A DNA stretch of 42,666 bases, taken from positions 1-42,666 of the forward strand of contig JABWAY010000001.1 in assembly GCA_013360825.1 (NCBI GenBank). Direction: 5' to 3'. Source of the DNA: Candidatus Brocadiia bacterium (GTDB lineage: Bacteria; Planctomycetota; MHYJ01; WSZJ01). Below, piece by piece: positions 36,595 to 42,666 of the stretch (the stretch's first letter is position 1; every line of letters begins with the position of its first letter). A model generated the notes under the pieces. It made no database searches, was not told where the DNA came from, and was given only the letters and a program-made list of their open reading frames with translations. The translations under genes and the position numbers were made by a program.

Positions 36595-37833
36595 CTACTG
36601 GAACGTCATCGCCGCGTAACTGACGAGTTCCCGGTTCTCGATGTCGGCGAACCGGTCGTACCGGACGAGCGATCCGCGGGAAGCGTCGGTGGCGGCGAGG
36701 AGCGTGGTGATCGCCGACAGGCCGCAGATCCTGCGCCAGTCGCCGACGTCGGAGATCGACCGGAAGAACCCCGCCGCGTCGACGGCCGCGGCGCGTGCGA
36801 GGGAAGCGCGGTCCTCATCCTCGATTTTCTTCAGGAGGTCGCCGGTCAGCGGTCCCTCGTCCCCGAATTTCGCCCCGACGTGCGCGAGGTCGACGCCGCC
36901 GACCAGGCAGACCTTCCGGCCCTGCATCGTCTTCCTCAGCGCGGCCACGAACCCCGTGACGACCGGATCGGCGAGCGGGTCGGTCTTCTTCAGCACATGC
37001 TCATGCATCGAGCTGACCAGCACGGGGACGATCCGGAACGGCTTCCGGCCCATCAGCCACCGCAGACAGACCGCCTGGAATTCGATCGAGTGTTCGTCGC
37101 GGTGGTACCACTCGTCCGCGAGCAGGTCCCCCCCCGTCCAGCGCCGGGCGAGCTCGTCCACGAACTCCGTATCGACCGGCGCGGGGCCGAGCGGCGTTTC
37201 GTAGGCTTTCTTCGTCGCCGTGTACAGCGTCCGCGGACTCTTGTGCGCCGTCCCCAGGATCACGAACGTGTCCGCGTCGCACCCCCCTGCCAGCGCCCCG
37301 TAGGCGTGGGCATAGCACGGTCCCCCGCGGTGGAAGTCGATGTGCGGCGCGAGAATCGCCCTGACCGGGCCTTTCTTCACCCGCCGCGGCGGCTCCGTCC
37401 CCGGCCCGCGCTCGTGCGCCCACTGCGCCCTGAGGAACCCCGGGAGCTTCTTCCGGTCCCCCGCATAAGCCCCCGTGTGCCGCGCGGGGCGCGTCGCAGA
37501 CTCCCGGAACTCCCGCGTGACCCGCTCCCGCCGCCCTTCGAACTCCGACGAAACCAGAAACCCCGCACGGTCCATCTCCGCCACGAACCCGGCGATCTCT
37601 TCCGTCGAAACCTCCCGTCCCGACGCCCGGCGGAGCTGCTCCGTCATCTCCGCGACCGTGTGGCGGCCGTCAAAGAACTGCAGCAGCCAGGCGCCGTACA
37701 TCGTCAGCGGCCAGGGCGACTCCGCGATCCCCATCGGGTCGTGCAGCAGGAGGATCTCCTGCCCGTTCGCCCGCACCGTCTCGGGCTCCACGGCGCGGAG
37801 AAGGGGGCGTTCAGGGGGCGAAGGGGGGTTCAT
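36595..37833 (-). CDS. MEMO1/AmmeMemoRadiSam system protein B family protein with ~130-aa N-terminal extension
   Basis: ILAPHIDFHRGGPCYAHAYGAL, FVILGTAH, DEHSIEFQ and GGVDLAHVG match the Memo-like family. The N-terminal LLLHDPMGIAESPWPLTMYGAWLLQFFDGRHTVAEMTEQL...EEIAGFVAEMDRAGFL looks like a PqqD/RRE-type module. Confidence 0.85.
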   Translation of the reverse strand: MNPPSPPERPLLRAVEPETVRANGQEILLLHDPMGIAESPWPLTMYGAWLLQFFDGRHTVAEMTEQLRRASGREVSTEEIAGFVAEMDRAGFLVSSEFEGRRERVTREFRESATRPARHTGAYAGDRKKLPGFLRAQWAHERGPGTEPPRRVKKGPVRAILAPHIDFHRGGPCYAHAYGALAGGCDADTFVILGTAHKSPRTLYTATKKAYETPLGPAPVDTEFVDELARRWTGGDLLADEWYHRDEHSIEFQAVCLRWLMGRKPFRIVPVLVSSMHEHVLKKTDPLADPVVTGFVAALRKTMQGRKVCLVGGVDLAHVGAKFGDEGPLTGDLLKKIEDEDRASLARAAAVDAAGFFRSISDVGDWRRICGLSAITTLLAATDASRGSLVRYDRFADIENRELVSYAAMTFQ

Positions 37834-38216
37834 GTGCGGACTCCGTGGGAGGCAGGCGCAGCCGGGACGTCCGGTGCGCCCAAGATAGCAGACGGGGCGG
37901 GGCGGGGGGAGCGGGGGAGGCGTGGCGCTGGTTCAATCGCGAATGCGGCAGCACCGTTGGAGCTTCCGCACCCTGATGCCGCGGCGGAATGTAGCGCTCG
38001 TGCCCGGTGCGTCCGACGGTGGGTAACCATTCACCCACTCCCGCCCGTCCTGTGTCATTCGCCTGGCGGAACCTGGAGGCGTGGCTGGGGCGCATACGAC
38101 GGTCGCGACGCCCTGGGGGCGCTCCCGCGGGGGGTTCATCGCGAATTCCGGAAAATCCCGGACGTTTTGGGGTCGGCGAGGTCAGACTTGGGGAAGGGAG
38201 CGGAGATTGGGGGGGG

Positions 38217-38908
38217 ATGAGAGGGGTTGAGATGCATGGGAATGATGACGCGGGTGGAGAGCCGAGAGCCGAGAGCCCAGAGCCAAGTGACTTCCTGGTC
38301 CGCTCGGTCGCCGATGTCGTCGATGTCCTGAGACGCCGCCACCGTTTGCCCGAAGCCGACGCGAAGGATCTCGCGCAGGACGCCTGGATACGCGCACAGG
38401 GAGCGGCGACGCGAGGAGTGGAGATCCGCGACGCCACGGCCTACCTGCTCACGGTCGCGCTCAGGCTTCAACGGACCCGGCGCAGGGGCGAGGCGAGCCG
38501 CTGCCGCCGCGAAGCGCTCGTTGCACGGCGGGACATCGTGACTGCGGACCCGTCGGGGGACGCCGTCCAGGCGGACCGCTCCGTCCTCGTCTGGGACCCG
38601 CTCGCGCTCGCGCCCTCCGCGCTCCAGGTCTCCGCGGCGCTCCCCCTCGGCGGCGCCAACGCGCTCGAATTCTCCGCCGTCGTCATCGGCGCCGCCGGCG
38701 CCATCCAGACCCTCCTCCAGGCCCAGGTCAGCAACGACGGGATCAATTGGGCCAACGCCGGGTCGTCCGTCCAGCTCCTCGCCTTCGGGAACACCGCCGC
38801 CCCGCGCTCATCACCGGCCTCGGCGCCCGGTACTTCCGGATCGCCGCCCAGAACCAGACCGCGAACGCCGTCGTCTTCATCGTCGCCGCCCGACTCTCGT
38901 GCGCTTAG
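38217..38908 (+). CDS. sigma-70 region-2-like N-terminus fused to discoidin/jelly-roll-like C-terminus; apparent 1-nt frameshift near 38795-38812
   Basis: In the frame of ORF 38007..39131, starting at ATG 38217 or 38232. LRRRHRLPEADAKDLAQDAWIRA...ATAYLLTVALRLQRTRRR resembles ECF sigma region 2, with no region 4. This is followed by ...QVSNDGINWANAGSSVQLLAFGNTAAP. After a C-run at 38800-38803 the protein-like reading continues in the +2 frame: LITGLGARYFRIAAQNQTANAVVFIVAARLSCA, ending at TAG 38906-38908. Confidence 0.45.
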
Positions 38909-38918
38909 GAGGTTGCCC

Positions 38919-39131
38919 GTGATCGAGTCGCTCCTCGTGTTGAGAGCAGGTCTTCGACCCGGACGTCGGGAGAACAGGAGAGGCGTGCCGCGGGTGGAGG
39001 GACGGGTGCCCGTCGAGGAGAGCGTAATGGCGTCGGAGGTGGAGGCGGTGAGGGTGTGGATGCTGGGAGACGTCGGGGAGATCAGTGAATTGCTGATAGA
39101 ATCCAGCAGGCCGACAGGAGGTCATCGATGA
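38919..39131 (+). CDS. small hypothetical ORF (70 aa from GTG; 34 aa if ATG 39027)
   Basis: AGGAGG lies 6 nt upstream of GTG 38919. The stop TGA overlaps the ATG of the 422-aa gene (ATGA at 39128-39131). The sequence is not strongly protein-like in its first half. Confidence 0.3.
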   Translation: MIESLLVLRAGLRPGRRENRRGVPRVEGRVPVEESVMASEVEAVRVWMLGDVGEISELLIESSRPTGGHR

Positions 39132-40396
39132 GTCAGACGTCGCCGCAGGACTACCTTCAACAGGCCTTGCTCGCGGGAGATGCGCGGCGCGCAGCCAGCA
39201 TGTTAATGAAGCTTCGCGATGGGCTGAAAGTCCTGACCCATAACGAAAGGGGAGTGAACGAATACGAAGCGACTTCTATTGACATCACAGCCCAATTGGC
39301 TCAGACCAGACCGCCGATGCCATCTTCAAACCCGGAGGCAATTGCCACCTACTCCAGGCTCACTTGGAATGGACATCCCGCGCCTCACCCAAGAGCCTTG
39401 GCCGCGCGCATCGGGGAACCTGAACGAGATGTTTCCCTTCTGCTGCAGGATGCAGCTGGTGGTTGGGGCCCTCCGGTTCCCAAGAAGGTGCCTTGCGTAC
39501 AGGCATTTGCAGCATGGGCACAGCACTTCAAGATAGAGATAATACCTGCCGCCAGCGGAGGCGATGGCAAGGCGTACCTTGCAAAGCGGATTCCTGGATT
39601 GAACGCAGTGACCACTGAGATCTGCGATGAGCTTCGTTTTCTTGCCGACATGATGGGGCAATGCCAGACGGAGGAATTCCTTTGGAATGGCGTCAGGGTC
39701 ATCTTGGGAGTTGGCCAGGTCAGGGGAAGCGGACCCAATACGATTGTCCTTGCTACTTCCTGCGGCGTGGGGATTGGAGTAACCGCGGTCGCTGGTAGAG
39801 GTTCCTCCGCCTATGCCGCAGGCGGGACTGCGGACGCAGCTTCCGCGCAGGCTGTGCCGTTTGCGGAGGGATCAGGGAATGCAGCGATGGCATGCGCCGG
39901 AAACAGTTCGCAGATCCTCGGTAACTCACCAGGTGGAATGGCTGTGGCGATCGGCGATCCTGCGAGTGCGCACGGTGGAGGTGGTGGCCGGGGCCGTGAG
40001 GGAGGATTTGCCATCGCAATGGGTGGTGGTACATGCGTGGCTGTCGGCGGGCCGGGCGGTAGTAGCGCTAAGGGGAGGGGGGGCAACGGCGGGTCGGCCA
40101 GAATCGTGCAGGGAAGTAAGCCTGGGTACGTTGAGGGAGGCCAAGGTGGTGACGGAGTCAGTGGGGGTTCCGGAGGATGGGTCGATGTGAATGATGCCGA
40201 TCGTGGGCCCCAAGTTGTCAGGGTTGGCAAGGGTGGAAAGGGAAGTGGCGGCGACGATGGACCTGATGGGCAGCACGACGAGATCCCGGGTGACCTTGCA
40301 GGAGGGCCCAACGCCTTGCCGCCCGCGGCACCGCCTGAAGACGAAGGTACAGCGGCAGCCGCTCGCAAGCGATGGGAAGAGTATCGAAATCGATAG
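39128..40396 (+). CDS. hypothetical protein with Gly-rich, solenoid-like C-terminal half (no signal peptide)
   Basis: 422-aa track ORF. Its codon usage differs clearly from neighbours, with many A/T third positions. The N-terminal ~210 aa are globular and unrecognised. The C-terminal half has SGNAAMACAGNSS..GGMAVAIGDPASAHGGGGG..GGFAIAMGGGTCVAVGGPGG..GGNGGSA..GGQGGDGVSGGSGG..GKGGKGSGGDDG repeats and ends in a charged tail. Confidence 0.7.
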   Translation: MSQTSPQDYLQQALLAGDARRAASMLMKLRDGLKVLTHNERGVNEYEATSIDITAQLAQTRPPMPSSNPEAIATYSRLTWNGHPAPHPRALAARIGEPERDVSLLLQDAAGGWGPPVPKKVPCVQAFAAWAQHFKIEIIPAASGGDGKAYLAKRIPGLNAVTTEICDELRFLADMMGQCQTEEFLWNGVRVILGVGQVRGSGPNTIVLATSCGVGIGVTAVAGRGSSAYAAGGTADAASAQAVPFAEGSGNAAMACAGNSSQILGNSPGGMAVAIGDPASAHGGGGGRGREGGFAIAMGGGTCVAVGGPGGSSAKGRGGNGGSARIVQGSKPGYVEGGQGGDGVSGGSGGWVDVNDADRGPQVVRVGKGGKGSGGDDGPDGQHDEIPGDLAGGPNALPPAAPPEDEGTAAAARKRWEEYRNR

Positions 40397-40406
40397 GAGG
40401 ACGACC

Positions 40407-40823
40407 GTGAATTGGGCGACAGCAGCCAGATTACGATCGCCGAGGATTCTTGAACCGACTGGTGGTCGGGTCAGCACCGCCAAGATTCAGCTTCTCATCC
40501 TCGGCCTGCGCACTGGGCCTCTGGCGGTCCTCGTGGGCTCGCTATCATCCTGCGCGTCAGAACTGCCGCGGGACGCCGCATCGAATCGACGATCGGGTTG
40601 CGGCGCCGCGGATTCCAGAGTGGAACTCCCCCTGGGAAACGAGCCGGGCGTATTCGGCGTCATCGACCCGATTTGTCAAATGGAGATCGATCATCAGGTT
40701 CTCCGGAGACATCCGAAACTCACAGTGGATTGGGAGGGCAAAGTCTACGTGTTCTGCAACGTCGATTGTGCCCAGAGATTTCGCGAGAAAGTGGCACGAC
40801 AGCAGCGGAACCTGGGAAGGTGA
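40407..40823 (+). CDS. YHS/TRASH-type metal-binding-domain lipoprotein
   Basis: Within ORF 40191..40823. GTG 40407 lies 6 nt after AGGAGG, which overlaps the TAG stop of the previous gene. Leader ...LAVLVGSLSSC (lipobox-like). The C-terminal VIDPICQMEID....L.V.WEGKVYVFCNVDCAQRF fits the YHS pattern DP(V/I)C.M......G..Y.FC...C...F. Confidence 0.7.
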   Translation: MNWATAARLRSPRILEPTGGRVSTAKIQLLILGLRTGPLAVLVGSLSSCASELPRDAASNRRSGCGAADSRVELPLGNEPGVFGVIDPICQMEIDHQVLRRHPKLTVDWEGKVYVFCNVDCAQRFREKVARQQRNLGR

Positions 40824-41272
40824 GTGTTTGTACGCGGCGGCGGAAACGGGTGCTCTACGGCCCGCCCCACCTGACCGAGTCGCGGCCACCGGAACGCAGC
40901 AGTCCTGGCGGTCGGTCGATGTCTCGACCCATGCTCGCACGCCGGGTGTGGCTCGGCTGCTGACAGCAGGCGATCCGTTCCTGCGGGCCGTATCGTCTGG
41001 AGGTTGACTGGGAAGAGGCGCTGGGCGGGACCCCGGGGGTGGCGGCGTCGTCTCGGCACGGGATCGAAGGCTGAGGTTGGTGGGACCGGCATCGATGCGG
41101 CATTGGTGCCGCTCCGATGCCTGTTCTCTGCCGTTCCTGCGAGGGCGACCCGCCTCCCGGGCGGGAACGCCCGGCCGGGCATCCGGAACCCGGGGATCGA
41201 CCGCCGGGAGCCCTTCCGCGTCCCGTTCAGCCCGAATTCCGGAATCTTCCCCATTCAGGGTGGCGGTCCCCC

Positions 41273-41278
41273 TATAAT
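41273..41278 (+). promoter_or_regulatory. possible -10 element (perfect TATAAT) upstream of rluB
   Basis: TATAAT lies 62 nt upstream of ATG 41340 in otherwise very GC-rich DNA. There is no good -35 at 16-18 bp spacing. The 10-bp palindrome ATTCCGGAAT (41236-41245) sits just upstream. Confidence 0.2.
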
Positions 41279-41339
41279 CCTCCCCCCCAGAACCCGGGCG
41301 GCACGCGTGAGCGTCCCCCCCACACTCGAGGCTTTCACC

Positions 41340-42666
41340 ATGTTGCAGCGTCTTCAGAAGATCCTTGCCCACGCCGGCGTCGCTTCTCGCAGAGAGTGCG
41401 AAGAGATCATCGCCAGCGGCAGGATCACCGTGAACGGGAAGGTCGTGACGGAGCTCGGGTCGAAGGCGGACCCGGAGAAGGACGACGTGCGCTGCGACAG
41501 CGAGCCGGTGAAGACGGAGAAGAAGGTGTATTTCCTTCTCAACAAGCCGACGCGGGTGCTCTGCACGAACGAGAAGTCGCACGGGCAGAAACGGGTGATC
41601 GACCTGTTCCCGGCGATTGCGCAGCGCCTCTACACGGTCGGCCGGCTGGACGCGGAGTCGACGGGGCTGATCATCGTCACGAACGACGGGGAGCTCGCCA
41701 ACCACATCGCGCACCCGCGGTACGGCGTGGAGAAGACGTATGCCGTTTCGGTCCACGGGTGGCTGGAGGGACCGGCGCTGGAGAAGCTCCAGAAGGGTGT
41801 CTGGCTGTCGGAGGGGAAAACGGGGCGCGCGAAGGTGCGTATTCTGAAGCGGACGCGCCAGATGACGCACCTCGAGATCACGATTCACGAGGGGAAGAAC
41901 CGGGAGCTCCGTCGGATTTTCGCGAAGGTCGGGCACCCTGTGCTGGCCCTGCGCCGGATCCAGGTCGGGAATCTCCTGCTCGGGCCGCTCAAGGAGGGGC
42001 AGTGGGTCCCGATCGACCGGGAGACGCTTCTCCGCCGCCTGGGTCTTGACCCGGAGACGATGGAGCTGGCGGGCGAGCGTGCGGTGGCGGGGAAGGGGAA
42101 GAAGGCCGGGAAGAAGCCGGTGGTGAAGGAGGTCGAGGAGGAGGTCGAGATCGGCGAGGGTGCCGAGGACACGGAGTTCTCGATGGAGGCGGAGGCGGCG
42201 CCGGTGGAGGTGAAGAAGGCGAAGGGGAAGGGCAAGGGGAAGGCGAAGGAGGAGCCCGTTGCCGAGGTGGAGGTGCCGGACGACGAGGAGGTCCTGGAGG
42301 CGGAGGTGGAGGGCGAGGACGAGGAGCTGATCGCGGCGCCGGTGGAGAAGAAGAAGGGGAAGGGGAAAGCCGCGGTGCCGGCGCCGGTCGTCGGGGAGGA
42401 GAAGGACGAGGAGGCTGAGGAGGAGGACGAGCTGACGGACGAGATGCTCGCCGAGATGGTCGACGACGAGCTGGGGGTGGGCGAGGACGACGGCGACGAC
42501 GACGAGGATGAGGACGACGACGACGGCGCGGAGGAGGAGTTCGAGGCGGACGGCGAGGATGCGCCCGACGACAAGCCTGCGGTCGCCGCAGAGGGCGGTC
42601 GCGGGCCCGGCCGCGGCGGTGCCCCGGGTGGAGACCGTGGTGCGCGCCGTGGAGCGCCTGCGGGGG
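41340..42666 (+). CDS. rluB: pseudouridine synthase RluB-type (S4 domain + RsuA/RluB catalytic domain) with long acidic/Lys-rich tail, partial (3' end beyond window)
   Basis: MLQRLQKILAHAGVASRRECEEIIASGRITVNG (S4 domain), VGRLDAESTGLIIVTNDGEL (catalytic Asp motif), KTYAV and GKNRELRRIF. Open to the window end, so it is absent from the ORF track. Confidence 0.9.
   Translation, partial: MLQRLQKILAHAGVASRRECEEIIASGRITVNGKVVTELGSKADPEKDDVRCDSEPVKTEKKVYFLLNKPTRVLCTNEKSHGQKRVIDLFPAIAQRLYTVGRLDAESTGLIIVTNDGELANHIAHPRYGVEKTYAVSVHGWLEGPALEKLQKGVWLSEGKTGRAKVRILKRTRQMTHLEITIHEGKNRELRRIFAKVGHPVLALRRIQVGNLLLGPLKEGQWVPIDRETLLRRLGLDPETMELAGERAVAGKGKKAGKKPVVKEVEEEVEIGEGAEDTEFSMEAEAAPVEVKKAKGKGKGKAKEEPVAEVEVPDDEEVLEAEVEGEDEELIAAPVEKKKGKGKAAVPAPVVGEEKDEEAEEEDELTDEMLAEMVDDELGVGEDDGDDDEDEDDDDGAEEEFEADGEDAPDDKPAVAAEGGRGPGRGGAPGGDRGARRGAPAG

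Noticed and set aside
38070-38110. ECF-type promoter (GGAAC ... CGT) upstream of the sigma-like gene
   Set aside because: A GGAACC is present, but I could not find a -10 CGTC-like element at the correct spacing. The motif is too short to call by eye.
40980-41120. Possible cobalamin-type riboswitch (GGTTGACTGGGAAGAGG...) in the long gap before rluB
   Set aside because: I could not find a B12-box or the conserved GCCACTG core, and rluB is not a plausible regulated gene. This needs an Rfam scan and is not supported by eye.
41885-42574. 229-aa poly-Ser/Ala minus-strand ORF
   Set aside because: It is the antisense reading of the GAG/GAC/AAG-rich tail of rluB and is a pure composition artefact.

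Overview
This is a very GC-rich bacterial window, roughly 70% GC judged by eye, and densely coding. Lipoboxes, a tripartite MacAB-type pump, an FG-GAP Ser/Thr kinase and DUF1579 point to a Gram-negative environmental lineage; I cannot name the phylum. The many long Arg/Pro/Gly-rich ORFs in the track are antisense or off-frame shadows of the real genes.

**Recognisable genes**
- Envelope and redox: S41/PDZ peptidase; a thioredoxin-like lipoprotein paired with a DsbD-N-like protein.
- Transport and metabolism: GH15 hydrolase, a MacAB-like ATPase/permease/adaptor operon, queC, hutU, and rluB (3' end cut by the window edge).
- Other: AlkD-like repair protein, DUF2277, a DUF4143 AAA ATPase, pgeF coupled to an ATP-grasp gene, DUF1579, and a Memo-like protein.
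- A decayed IS630 transposase.

**Main findings**
1. A two-gene YeeE/YedE-type sulfur-transporter pair (12665..13554, minus strand). Both genes carry an in-frame TGA exactly where the family's invariant Cys belongs (GG-[TGA]-TSGH and GA-[TGA]-PG). Each reading frame stays intact downstream, the two genes keep their ATGA coupling, and an mRNA-sense hairpin follows each TGA. Selenocysteine recoding is the best explanation.
2. A cassette at about 38.2-40.8 kb whose core (about 39.05-40.8 kb) has clearly lower GC, near 55%. It holds tightly coupled genes I cannot assign to a known system: a sigma-region-2/discoidin-like fusion with a frameshift, a small ORF, a 422-aa Gly-rich solenoid-like protein and a YHS lipoprotein.
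3. A coupled pair made of a coiled-coil protein ending in an incomplete vWA domain and a secreted protein with 4-5 tandem PPC-like repeats. The second protein's tail resembles the missing vWA C-terminus.

**Smaller observations**
- A 14-bp x5 tandem repeat upstream of the DUF2277 gene.
- Two frameshifted genes, each at a short G/C run.
- A 516-bp non-coding gap upstream of rluB.
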